DNA from: Syntrophomonadaceae bacterium
GTDB lineage: Bacteria; Bacillota; Dethiobacteria; DTU022
Direction: 5' to 3'
DNA: 32,137 nt
NCBI GenBank assembly: GCA_007127255.1
Contig: SKZS01000077.1
Location: 1 to 32,137 of the forward strand
Shown here: piece after piece, positions 8,210 through 17,080 of the stretch
How positions within the stretch are numbered: position 1 is the first letter of the stretch
Layout of the letters: every line of letters begins with the position of its first letter
Translations under genes and position numbers: made by a program
Notes under the pieces: model-generated
The model's input: the letters and a program-made list of their open reading frames with translations, nothing else
Database searches by the model: none
Told to the model about the DNA's origin: nothing

Positions 8210-9634
8210 ATGAAAGGTTATCGCGTTATCGACTCTGCCATTCTCGAGGAACTAAAAAAGATAGTTGGTTCAGAGAATGTAATTTATGACGATCATGAAA
8301 AAATTGAACCCTACTCTCATGACGAGGTGGCAGATTTAGATTACGCTCATATGCCCGAAGTAGTAGTTAAGCCAAGAACCGCAGAGGAAATCTCCGCAAT
8401 TATGAAAATGGCTAACGAGGAAATGATTCCGGTAACTCCCAGGGGAGCCGGAAGCGGACTTTCCGGGGGAGCCGTGCCGGCCAAAGGTGGTATTCTCCTA
8501 TCAACTGAAAGGATGAATAAGGTCCTGGAGATTGACAAAAACAACCTGATTGCAGTTTTGGAGCCCGGAGTGATTACCAATGATTTCAATAACGAAGTCC
8601 AAAAAGAAGGCCTCTTCTTTGCCGGCTATCCGATGAGCCTTGAGATGTGTTTCATCGGCGGCAATGTAGCTGAAAATGCCGGTGGAGGAAGGGCAATCAA
8701 ATACGGAGTAACTGGCCGTTATATTACCGGCATGGAGGTAGTTCTTCCTACCGGAGAAATATGCACTTTTGGCGGAAAAAGAGTAAAGGATGTTACCGGT
8801 TATAACATGTGTCAGCTTTTAACCGGTTCAGAAGGTACTCTCTGTATTTTTACCAAGATATTTGTCAAGCTTTTGCCCTTACCCAAGGCAAAAATTGACA
8901 TGATGGTCCTTTTTGAGGATGCCCAGTCAGCAATCGATGCTGTTCCGCTTATCATGACCCAGATGCGTATTATCCCGACTGGCATCGAATTTATGGACAA
9001 GGTGTCCCTTGATACTACCTGCGATTTTTTGAAAGATAAGAAACGCCACGAAGATGCCGGAGCTGTATTAATAATTGAACTGGATGGCAATGATGCAGAC
9101 CAGGTGCGCCAAGAATGTCTTGATATAGGGGATCTGTGCCTGGATAACGGCGCTCTCGACGCATTTGTTGCTGAAGGTCCGGCAGACCAGGAAAAAATCT
9201 GGAAGGTTCGACGGCATGCTGCTGAAGCTTTTAAAGCGATCAGCCCTGAACAGAGCCTGGAAGATATTGTTGTTCCGGTCAGCAGTATCCCTAAATTAAT
9301 TCCTATTTTAGAAGATATTTCTAATAAACACAACGTGATTATCCCCTGCTACGGACATGCCGGTGATGGAAACATGCATGCAACCATAGTTAAAAAACCG
9401 GAAGAAAGCATGGAGAGCTGGAAGAAAACCCTGCCCGCTGCCTTAACAGACCTTTATATAGCTGTCAGAGAATTAGGTGGCACAATCAGCGGTGAACATG
9501 GCATCGGCCATAAACGCAAGCAGTTTCTGCCATTGGTTTTGGGGGAAGCTGAAATTGAAGTCATGAAAAAAATCAAGCAGGCTATGGATCCCAATAATAT
9601 CCTAAACCCGGGCAAAATATTTGACATAGACTGA
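8210..9634 (+). CDS. FAD-binding oxidase, GlcD/D-lactate dehydrogenase family (D-2-hydroxyacid dehydrogenase)
   Basis: 474 aa with an FAD_binding_4-type N-terminus (VVKPRTAEEISAIMKMANEEMIPVTPRGAGSGLSGGAVP) and a C-terminal GGTISGEHGIGHKR motif. An RBS AAGGAGG precedes the ATG. Confidence 0.85.
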   Translation: MKGYRVIDSAILEELKKIVGSENVIYDDHEKIEPYSHDEVADLDYAHMPEVVVKPRTAEEISAIMKMANEEMIPVTPRGAGSGLSGGAVPAKGGILLSTERMNKVLEIDKNNLIAVLEPGVITNDFNNEVQKEGLFFAGYPMSLEMCFIGGNVAENAGGGRAIKYGVTGRYITGMEVVLPTGEICTFGGKRVKDVTGYNMCQLLTGSEGTLCIFTKIFVKLLPLPKAKIDMMVLFEDAQSAIDAVPLIMTQMRIIPTGIEFMDKVSLDTTCDFLKDKKRHEDAGAVLIIELDGNDADQVRQECLDIGDLCLDNGALDAFVAEGPADQEKIWKVRRHAAEAFKAISPEQSLEDIVVPVSSIPKLIPILEDISNKHNVIIPCYGHAGDGNMHATIVKKPEESMESWKKTLPAALTDLYIAVRELGGTISGEHGIGHKRKQFLPLVLGEAEIEVMKKIKQAMDPNNILNPGKIFDID

Positions 9635-9686
9635 TATGTCTTTTCCCGGAGTTCTATAACCATATTGCCAGAGGAGGCTTTTAAAT

Positions 9687-10982
9687 ATGAAAATAGACCT
9701 GCTTTACGGTGACAAAACTTTCCCCTTGGAGTTGCCGGATGATCGGGTAAAATATGTACTTGAAGCAAAACCTCTGCCTGTCCCTGAGTCGGAAGAAAAG
9801 TTGATCAAAGATGCGCTGGCACGACCAATCGATTCAGCTCCCCTGTCTGAGCTGGTTAACAGGGGAGAAAGCGCCTGTATTATCGTTGGTGATATGACCC
9901 GCTCATGGGTACGCCATCATGTGTTTATTCCCCTATTACTTGATGAACTTAATCGGGGGGGCATTGCAGATAATGATATCAATATCATTTCAGCTACAGG
10001 TGATCACCGCGAACAAACCGGAGAAGAACACAAAATACTGGTAGGGGAAGAAGCATATCGCAGGGTAAAGGTAATCGACCACCGGGCTCGCAACAAAGAT
10101 GAGATGGTCTTTTTGGGCAACACCAGTTACGGCACCCCGGTTAGTATTAACAAGCAAGTGGCCGATGCAGACCGGGTTATTCTAACCGGAGGTATTGTTT
10201 ATCACTTCCTCGCCGGTTGGGGCGGGGGTAAAAAAGCTATTATTCCAGGAGTGTCATCTTACGAAACAATTATGAAAAACCACTCTCTTGCTTTCTATCC
10301 TGAAGAAGGCAGAGGACTTAACCCTGATGTCTGCGCCGGGAAAATTGATGATAATCCCTGCTGTGACGACATGGTTCAGGGCACCAGCCTGGTTGCTCCT
10401 GATTTTATGGTTAACAGTATCATCAACGAAGAAACTCACCAAATTGCCTATGTTGTAGCCGGTAATTATATCACCGCATTCAGAAAAGGGTGTGACCTGG
10501 TTACTGAACACTTCGGAGCAGATCTACCCGATCGTTCTGAACTGGTTATTGCCTCATGCGGCGGATACCCAAAAGATATAAACTTCTACCAAACTTACAA
10601 GACAATTTATAACGCCCACTTTGCTCTTGAAAAAGGTGGCACATTGCTACTGGTCAGCGAAAGTCGCGAAGGTATTGGCAGTGATGACTTTGCCTCAATT
10701 TTTACTGCTTACACGGACAATGGGCAGCGTGAAGCAGCATTGCGGCGTGAATATACTATTGGCGGGCAAATGGGTTACCACAGTGCAGTTGTGGCTGAAG
10801 ATAATGATGTTCTCGTTCTATCAGGACTTTCAGACGACCAGGTGAAGCAGATGGGCATGATCCCGATTAAAACCCTTGAAGAAGGAATGGCTTTTATTAA
10901 AAAGAAGCACGGCAGTATTCCTCCGGCGTGTCTTATGCCTCATGGCGGAAGCACAATGCCCTGCCTGACTTGTAAAGATTAA
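9687..10982 (+). CDS. larA: nickel-pincer-nucleotide dependent 2-hydroxyacid racemase/epimerase, LarA family
   Basis: 431 aa. It aligns by eye with L. plantarum LarA landmarks. GDMTR matches SDHTR, ATGDHR matches ATGFHR (His108), and VYHFLAGWGGGKKAIIPG matches ESHFFAGFSGGRKSVLPG (His174, Lys184). IMKNHS matches IMANHS (His200). An RBS GAGGAGG sits 9 nt upstream. Confidence 0.85.
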   Translation: MKIDLLYGDKTFPLELPDDRVKYVLEAKPLPVPESEEKLIKDALARPIDSAPLSELVNRGESACIIVGDMTRSWVRHHVFIPLLLDELNRGGIADNDINIISATGDHREQTGEEHKILVGEEAYRRVKVIDHRARNKDEMVFLGNTSYGTPVSINKQVADADRVILTGGIVYHFLAGWGGGKKAIIPGVSSYETIMKNHSLAFYPEEGRGLNPDVCAGKIDDNPCCDDMVQGTSLVAPDFMVNSIINEETHQIAYVVAGNYITAFRKGCDLVTEHFGADLPDRSELVIASCGGYPKDINFYQTYKTIYNAHFALEKGGTLLLVSESREGIGSDDFASIFTAYTDNGQREAALRREYTIGGQMGYHSAVVAEDNDVLVLSGLSDDQVKQMGMIPIKTLEEGMAFIKKKHGSIPPACLMPHGGSTMPCLTCKD

Positions 10983-11006
10983 TCAAATTAAGATTACACT
11001 GAAGAA

Positions 11007-11040
11007 GTTAACCTTTCAATTATCAATAGTAAAGGTTAAC
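11007..11040. repeat. perfect 10-bp inverted repeat downstream of larA (terminator-like stem without a T-tail, or a protein site)
   Basis: GTTAACCTTT (11007-11016), a 14-nt loop, then AAAGGTTAAC (11031-11040). It is directly followed by a second inverted repeat, AACACAACA (11038-11046) / TGTTGTGTT (11108-11116). Confidence 0.4.
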
Positions 11041-11225
11041 ACAACAATGATGTTTAGAAGCTAACAATTATACCAGGCAGGCTGCACTATAATATAAAAT
11101 GATTCGCTGTTGTGTTGTTATATTTACAAAAACAGACCGATAAAATTGCAAGCTTAAAGATTCAAAAAGCATTTAGGAACTTAAACATATCGGCGGCAAC
11201 TCATACACATACCTATTCATTGGTA

Positions 11226-11243
11226 TGTTATAATTAATTGACA
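11226..11243 (+). promoter_or_regulatory. possible promoter elements for the GntR-SDR operon
   Basis: There is an extended -10-like TGTTATAAT (11226-11234) and, just downstream, a TTGACA (11238-11243). They lie 55-70 nt upstream of ATG 11297. No clean -35/-10 pair could be fixed. Confidence 0.3.
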
Positions 11244-11296
11244 ATACCTTTTATTAAAATAGGTAATAATACTTTAATTCAGGAGATGAATCACAT

Positions 11297-12028
11297 ATGT
11301 TTAAGCCGATCAAAACAAAGCGGGTCTATACAGAAATCGTGGACCAAATACAGGGGCTAATAAATGAAGGAACCCTTAAGCCAGGCGATAAATTAATTTC
11401 TGAACGAGAACTGGCAGAAAAACTGGAAGTAAGCCGTGCTTCAATTCGTGAAGCATACAGTGCGCTGGAGTCAATGGGTATCCTGGAAAGCAGAGCGGGT
11501 GGAGGAACCTTCATCCGCGCTGTTTCTTCAGAAGATATAATTAAGCCTTTAGCCTTAATTTTAATGATGGACAAGGAAAGCAACTTTGACATTATGGAAG
11601 TGCGAAAAATTTTGGAAGCAGAGAGTGCCTATTTAGCTGCAGAACGGGCCTCTGAAGAAAATATTCTAAAAATGAAAGAACACCTGGAAGGGATGGAAGA
11701 AGATATTCGTGAAGGAAAGATCGGCGAGGTGTCCGATGCCAACTTCCATTTTGCCATTGCTGAATCGACCCAAAATACCATCTTTGTCCGGTTAATGAGC
11801 ACTATATCAGACCTGGTAATGCATTCAATGAAGAAAAGCCGGGAAAAGATGTATTTTAAACCCGGAAATGATGATAAGTTATTTAAACAACACACGGCAA
11901 TTTTTGAAGCCATCTCCGCCAGGGATTCCAAATTAGCCCGGAAAAAAATGTGTGAACACCTGGTCTTTGTTTGCGATGAAATTTTTTCCATAGAAAAGGA
12001 ACCAACAAAAGACAAGCTGCGGCTGTAA
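11297..12028 (+). CDS. GntR-family transcriptional regulator, FadR subfamily (FCD C-terminal domain; LldR/PdhR-like)
   Basis: 243 aa. It has an N-terminal winged HTH, VYTEIVDQIQGLINEGTLKPGDKLISERELAEKLEVSRASIREAYSALESMGIL. The C-terminal helical domain is FCD-type (DANFHFAIAEST...). Confidence 0.85.
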   Translation: MFKPIKTKRVYTEIVDQIQGLINEGTLKPGDKLISERELAEKLEVSRASIREAYSALESMGILESRAGGGTFIRAVSSEDIIKPLALILMMDKESNFDIMEVRKILEAESAYLAAERASEENILKMKEHLEGMEEDIREGKIGEVSDANFHFAIAESTQNTIFVRLMSTISDLVMHSMKKSREKMYFKPGNDDKLFKQHTAIFEAISARDSKLARKKMCEHLVFVCDEIFSIEKEPTKDKLRL

Positions 12029-12039
12029 GGAGTTTGCCT

Positions 12040-12801
12040 ATGTTAAAAGATAAGGTATGTGTTGTAACAGGTGCTGCCGGTGGAATTGGCCTCGCTACAG
12101 CAGAGATTTTTGTAAATGACGGCGCTAAGGTTATTATGGCCGATATAGCGGGAGAGACTTTGGAAAATGAGGCTAACCGGTTGGGACAAAATTTCTTAAG
12201 GACAGACTTAAGCAAGCAAAATGAATGCAAGGCCTTAATAGAATACACTCTTAAAAAACAATCAAAAGTGGATATTCTGGTTAATATTGCAGGCATCCAG
12301 ACAGTTTGCCCAATCGATGAATTTCCGGAAGATAAATGGGAAACTATGATCAGCCTAATGTTAACAGCGCCATTTCTACTAACTAAATATGCGTGGCCTT
12401 CTATGAAAGCGCAAGGCTGGGGAAGAATAATTAATTTAAATTCTATTCATGGGATGGTAGCATCCGAATACAAAGCTGCCTATGTTTCAGCCAAGCACGG
12501 CCTTGGCGGGCTGACAAAGGTAGCCGCACTTGAAGGCGCAGAATATGGCATCACTGTTAATTCAATTTGTCCGTCATATGTAAGAACTCCACTGGTCGAA
12601 AAACAAATATCCGACCAGTCTAAAGCGCATGGCATCCCCAGTGAGCAGGTTATAAGTGAAATAATGCTGCAGAAAGCAGCCATAAAAAAGATCCTGGAAC
12701 CAAAAGATGTAGGCGAATTAGTAAAATTCTTATGCTCTGATACAGCCGCCTGTATCACGGGAACTATGCTTCCTATAGACTGCGGTTGGACTGCTGCATA
12801 A
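12040..12801 (+). CDS. short-chain dehydrogenase/reductase, 3-hydroxybutyrate-dehydrogenase-like
   Basis: It has the TGAAGGIG Rossmann motif, NIAG, and Y-x3-K (YVSAKHG). The ORF-track start at 12034 is a TTG. ATG 12040 sits 7 nt after AAGGAG (12027-12032) and is preferred. It begins 12 nt after the GntR stop. Confidence 0.8.
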   Translation: MLKDKVCVVTGAAGGIGLATAEIFVNDGAKVIMADIAGETLENEANRLGQNFLRTDLSKQNECKALIEYTLKKQSKVDILVNIAGIQTVCPIDEFPEDKWETMISLMLTAPFLLTKYAWPSMKAQGWGRIINLNSIHGMVASEYKAAYVSAKHGLGGLTKVAALEGAEYGITVNSICPSYVRTPLVEKQISDQSKAHGIPSEQVISEIMLQKAAIKKILEPKDVGELVKFLCSDTAACITGTMLPIDCGWTAA

Positions 12802-12818
12802 TAATACTCAGAGCGCCT

Positions 12819-13394
12819 TTATTGCTCAAGATGTTCATTTAGCATTGATTCCCAGGTATCTAAAGCTTCTTCTGATTCGGCTATATATTTATTAAATTCT
12901 TCATCAGCTTCAAATATTGCAATGATAATTCTATTTAGTTCTTCTTCAATATCCTCACGATCGGGATTTTCTTCAATATCCTTTAATTCAATCATGGCAT
13001 CAGTCAACACATATAAATAGTTCGTTGCACTCTTAAATTTACTGAGAGCTTCTACAAGATAATCATTTACCTCTTCAACTTTTTCATCGCTTGTATTCAG
13101 GTTTTCCACCGTAACTATCAAATTAGACTGTTTCGCAAGAAATTCATCTATCATCTCAATCAGCTTTTCAAAATCTTCAATACTACTCTCGTCTATTCTA
13201 ACAATTTTGTCAAATTCAGCATATAATGCCTGGACATCATCATCCAGTTCATCAATCTTTACAATTATACCCTTTTCTTCTATTTCTTCGACATAAGAAA
13301 CAATGGGATCAGCTGCACAACCTGTGATAACAAAAATGAAAGATGCCAGCAGGATGATCACTGTTAATGTTTTATTTCTATTATTATTTAACAT
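12819..13394 (-). CDS. hypothetical acidic lipoprotein
   Basis: 191 aa with the signal and lipobox LLASFIFVITGC. The mature part is very Glu/Asp-rich and predicted helical. The gene is about 33% GC. I recognise no family. Confidence 0.55.
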   Translation of the reverse strand: MLNNNRNKTLTVIILLASFIFVITGCAADPIVSYVEEIEEKGIIVKIDELDDDVQALYAEFDKIVRIDESSIEDFEKLIEMIDEFLAKQSNLIVTVENLNTSDEKVEEVNDYLVEALSKFKSATNYLYVLTDAMIELKDIEENPDREDIEEELNRIIIAIFEADEEFNKYIAESEEALDTWESMLNEHLEQ

Positions 13395-13475
13395 TATTTA
13401 TACCATTCCTTTTTTATTTAATTAACTAAATAGCACAATTCCAGAATTCTGAACTCTACCGTTTTAACTGAGCTG

Positions 13476-13910
13476 TTAACTGTTTTTTCTCCATAAAGGG
13501 AGATCTGTTTCGGAATCATGCTCGCGCTGCAACTTAGGCCCCAGTATTTCTTCTATAACAAACTCACCGGCAAATATTACAGTTCCCTTTTGAAGATGCC
13601 CGCCTTTAACATTACCTTTACTGTCACCAAGATTTATATGCAAATGGGCAGCCGGTTTGCCGTCTCGAATACTCAAGTTGCCCAAACAGCTGACTATTTC
13701 AAGATGCTCGTTTAATTCTCTGTCTTCATATACTCTCTTGTCTTGATGATAATAGCTTATAACTGCCTTTTCTACTGCACCGATAACTTCAACCTTCGCA
13801 CAATTAATCTTTTCTTCGGCTGCAAATTCTTGAATGCTTTCCAGTAAATCCCCATGAAAAGGAATCCTGCCTATCCAGATACGCCCTCTTTCACCTTTTT
13901 GACTCCACAT
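13476..13910 (-). CDS. PPC/DUF296-domain protein (PCC family, function unknown)
   Basis: 144 aa. The sequence ...EVIGAVEKAVISYYHQDKRVYEDRELNEHLEIVSCLGNLS...AHLHINLGDSKGNVKGGHL...GEFVIEEI matches the DUF296 pattern as I remember it. An RBS GGAGGG sits 7 nt upstream. Confidence 0.6.
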   Translation of the reverse strand: MWSQKGERGRIWIGRIPFHGDLLESIQEFAAEEKINCAKVEVIGAVEKAVISYYHQDKRVYEDRELNEHLEIVSCLGNLSIRDGKPAAHLHINLGDSKGNVKGGHLQKGTVIFAGEFVIEEILGPKLQREHDSETDLPLWRKNS

Positions 13911-14028
13911 CTTAATCCCTCCTGTCCTAAATTTTATACTAAACCATTAATTTCTCTTGCTGTACAGACAGCCATTTATGAAGTCAAGAAAAATGCAGAC
14001 AAACGTTTCCAACCAGCTCCGCTTTGTC

Positions 14029-14505
14029 TTAGTTAGAACTAATAACAAAACCATTTTTCCTGGCTATTGTATCTATTACAGCACCCACAATCAACCCAAC
14101 AGCTATACCAACGGCAAAACCGACTACTAAATTGTTTATGATCGATCCGATTAGAAAGCCGAATGCGATACCGACAGGCAGATATATACTAACAAAAAAA
14201 CCTTTTGTAACAACATTATGTTTAGTTCGAAGGTGCGTAAGCATACCTTTCATATTTTGTTGGTATTTATTCTGCTTACTACTATTAAATGACTTTAACT
14301 CGTCTAGTATGTCAGGTCTAAAACGATTTAATAACTTATTGCATTCCTCGCAGCCATCAGTAAACTGGTCAAGCTTGCTAACAATATCCTCCAAACTATC
14401 AAGCTTTAATTTTTTTAGATCACCGGGCAAGACATTACTTTTTATATTGTTTATTTCAGCAACCAACTCTTTTTTTGTATTCTTGCCTTTATTCAAGCTG
14501 TTCAC
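14029..14505 (-). CDS. hypothetical membrane-anchored protein (soluble N-domain plus a C-terminal glycine-zipper TM pair)
   Basis: 158 aa. The N-terminal ~95 aa are Lys/Asn-rich and contain CEEC. The C-terminus FFVSIYLPVGIAFGFLIGSIINNLVVGFAVGIAVGLIVGAVID is two TM segments. The start is ambiguous (GTG 14505 or TTG 14496). It lies 31 nt downstream of the MFS gene and is about 33% GC. Confidence 0.5.
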   Translation of the reverse strand: MNSLNKGKNTKKELVAEINNIKSNVLPGDLKKLKLDSLEDIVSKLDQFTDGCEECNKLLNRFRPDILDELKSFNSSKQNKYQQNMKGMLTHLRTKHNVVTKGFFVSIYLPVGIAFGFLIGSIINNLVVGFAVGIAVGLIVGAVIDTIARKNGFVISSN

Positions 14506-14536
14506 CTCACTCTCGCTTTCATTAATTATACCTTAA

Positions 14537-15709
14537 CTAACTCGATAATGTCGGCTTTTTTATCATCAGAGAGAGCAGAACTGCCAGCAAGTTGGCTGCC
14601 AGAAGGATTATGAAGACTTGGGTAAAATCACCTCTTAACTCGAAGAGGTAACCGGCAAGTAATGGGAAAAGGCCGCCAACGGCTATCCCGGTAAAAATCA
14701 AACCATAGAAAAATCCAAAGTTTTTTTCGCCGAAATAAGCTGAAACTGTAGCCGGGATAAGACCAAAAAGACCTCCATAAGTGAGACCTATTACTGATAC
14801 GGCAATAGCAAGGTTCAAAGGTGCACTAAAGCTGATGATATTTACCAGGACAAGAGCCATAGCCATAAACATAATCAACATTGCCCAGAGTCTCCCCAGG
14901 CTATCAAAAAGAACCCCTGCAATAATCCTGCCCCAGGCATTAAAAAAAGAAAATAGCGCTACTACAATAAAGCCTTCAGCAAACCCGAATTGAATGCGGG
15001 CTATTGTATCCATATGAGTCGTAAAAGTAACACCGACCCCGGTCATTAAACAAAATATAAGCCAGAGCAGATAAAACTGCGGAAAACGAAATATCTCCAG
15101 CGGCAACCTGGCCGGGTTGATTTCTGCAATAGTGCTGCCCGGGTTCAAGGGCAACGGAGGGTTTTCAATTAACCTGGATAGCAAAAGAATGCCAAAGAGG
15201 AGCAGAAAGCCAATGGATAAAAACGTAAACTGTACTCCCGCAGTTGATAGACTATAATTAATCAGGGGTGCCAGTATAAAACCTGAAATGCCCATTCCGA
15301 ATACAACAATCCCGGTGATTAAACCTTTTCGCTCGACCGGAAACCATTTTATCGCTGCCGGGGTTACAGTAGCAAAAGTACATGCCATGCCCAGCCCCCA
15401 GAATAACCCCCACACTATTGATATGCTGAGCGGTTCAATCAAAAATGAACTTAGGATAGTGGAACCGCCAAGGATTATTCCTCCAGTAACTACTACCGGA
15501 CGAGGTCCTATTTTATCCTGTATTCTGCCTGCAAGGGCCATAGAGGGAGCGTAGCTGAATAAAAACATTGTATAAGGCAAAGCTGCCTCCGTGAAACTCC
15601 ATCCCATATCCCTGACCAGGGCCCCGGCTATAATACTCCAAGTGTAAATAATGCCAGTTAAAAAATTGATTAATAGTCCTGCCAGCGTTACTACCCACCC
15701 ACGATACAA
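14537..15709 (-). CDS. MFS transporter, oxalate/formate antiporter (OFA)-like
   Basis: 390 aa with about 12 hydrophobic segments. The N-terminus YRGWVVTLAGLLINFLTGIIYTWSI is typical of the OFA family. The start is TTG, 7 nt after GGGAGG. Confidence 0.8.
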   Translation of the reverse strand: MYRGWVVTLAGLLINFLTGIIYTWSIIAGALVRDMGWSFTEAALPYTMFLFSYAPSMALAGRIQDKIGPRPVVVTGGIILGGSTILSSFLIEPLSISIVWGLFWGLGMACTFATVTPAAIKWFPVERKGLITGIVVFGMGISGFILAPLINYSLSTAGVQFTFLSIGFLLLFGILLLSRLIENPPLPLNPGSTIAEINPARLPLEIFRFPQFYLLWLIFCLMTGVGVTFTTHMDTIARIQFGFAEGFIVVALFSFFNAWGRIIAGVLFDSLGRLWAMLIMFMAMALVLVNIISFSAPLNLAIAVSVIGLTYGGLFGLIPATVSAYFGEKNFGFFYGLIFTGIAVGGLFPLLAGYLFELRGDFTQVFIILLAANLLAVLLSLMIKKPTLSS

Positions 15710-15923
15710 ATAATAACCTCCCGTTTTGTTTTAACCCAATTAAGCATATACCTTAAATTTCTTTAATCAGTTTATCTGATAAGCTTTCCTGTGGCAAGCA
15801 ATACTTAAAGTGACTACTAACGGTATTATGGTTCTGTCAATAAATTGTTATTCTGGCACAGTACAATTTCCTCTTTACAAGCTAAAAGCAGAGCAAAAAC
15901 AGATGCGTTTATAGGTTGCTTTA

Positions 15924-17066
15924 TTATTCTAGTGATTTCTGTAACTCCGCCATCAGGTCTGCCGGATCCTCCAGTCCGACTGAAAGCCGGACAAGATTTG
16001 GTGTAATCCCCAGTGCCTCACGTTTCGCCTCGGGCATAGTAGCGTGGGTCATCGTATAAGGATGGCAGGCCAATGACTCTACCCCACCCAGGCTTTCCGC
16101 TACAGCAAATAGATGCAGCTTGCGGAAAAAGGAGTCCACCATGGACGGATCTTTTAATTTAAATGAGACCATGCCTCCCCACCCTCTCATTTGCTTGCCT
16201 GCCAGCTGATGGCCGGGATGTTCTTCCAGACCAGGATAGTATACCCTTTCGACCATAGGGTGAGACTGTAGCTGGTCGGCTATTTTTGCAGCACCACGTT
16301 GGTGGGCTTCCATGCGCACCTGCAGGGTTTTTATTCCACGTAAGGTAAGCCAGGCATCAAAAGGTGAAGGAACAGCCCCAACTGCATTTTGAAAGTAGCT
16401 CATCTTATTGTACAAAGGTAGGCTGGAGGTAACTACAGCTCCACCAATAAGATCGGAATGACCATTTAAATACTTGGTAGTACTATGCACTACGATATCT
16501 GCTCCCATAGCCAGGGGGTTTTGCAGGTATGGGGTGGCAAAGGTGTTATCCACCACCATGAGTGCCCCATTTTCATGCGCAAGGTCGGCTATAGATTTTA
16601 TATTGTAAATATTTAACAGAGGGTTTGTCGGGCTTTCCAGCCAGACCATTTGAGTATTTTTTGTTAAGGCACTACGAAAATCTTCCGTTTTAGAGCTATT
16701 TACATGAGTTAATTCTAGTCCCCAACGCTCGTAAACCCCGGTAAAAAGACGAAAAGTCCCGCCGTAGACTTCAGCACACGATACAAGGTGGTCTCCCTGT
16801 TTCAGCAGGTTCACCACTGCATCAGTGGCAGCTGATCCTGAAGCGAAGGCTAACCCGTATTTTGCCCCTTCCAGGGAAGCCAGACACTCTTCCAGCGCTG
16901 TCCGGGTGGGGTTTCCGGTGCGGGAGTATTCGTAACCTCTGTGCTCTCCCGGCGCTTCCTGGGTATAAGTAGAGGTGGCATATATAGGCATTATCGTCGC
17001 CCCCGTTACCGGATCTGCATTCTGGCCGGCATGAATGGCCCTTGTAGCAAATTTTTTATCATGCAT
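15924..17066 (-). CDS. cystathionine gamma-lyase/gamma-synthase family PLP enzyme (MccB/MetC-like)
   Basis: 380 aa with N-terminal ATRAIHAGQ, YSRTGNPTR and the PLP-lysine motif HSTTKYLNGHSD. It lies 14 nt downstream of the CBS-like gene. Confidence 0.9.
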   Translation of the reverse strand: MHDKKFATRAIHAGQNADPVTGATIMPIYATSTYTQEAPGEHRGYEYSRTGNPTRTALEECLASLEGAKYGLAFASGSAATDAVVNLLKQGDHLVSCAEVYGGTFRLFTGVYERWGLELTHVNSSKTEDFRSALTKNTQMVWLESPTNPLLNIYNIKSIADLAHENGALMVVDNTFATPYLQNPLAMGADIVVHSTTKYLNGHSDLIGGAVVTSSLPLYNKMSYFQNAVGAVPSPFDAWLTLRGIKTLQVRMEAHQRGAAKIADQLQSHPMVERVYYPGLEEHPGHQLAGKQMRGWGGMVSFKLKDPSMVDSFFRKLHLFAVAESLGGVESLACHPYTMTHATMPEAKREALGITPNLVRLSVGLEDPADLMAELQKSLE

Positions 17067-17080
17067 TCTTACCCCTCCTA

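Noticed and set aside
8812-9333. 173-aa minus-strand ORF, plus many similar 60-137-aa ORFs. Examples are 1145-1336, 1495-1782, 3741-4064, 11629-12015, 11883-12296, 24276-24572, 25030-25350 and 30002-30268.
   Set aside because: All lie antisense to or out of frame within long ORFs that have clear family signatures. They have low-complexity Ser/Pro/Arg-rich translations and no RBS. They are shadow ORFs, not genes.
12819-15709. The low-GC islet as a mobile element or defence island.
   Set aside because: No integrase, transposase, tRNA attachment site, flanking direct repeats or recognisable defence domains (nuclease, ATPase, helicase) are present. It is reported only as a compositional anomaly.
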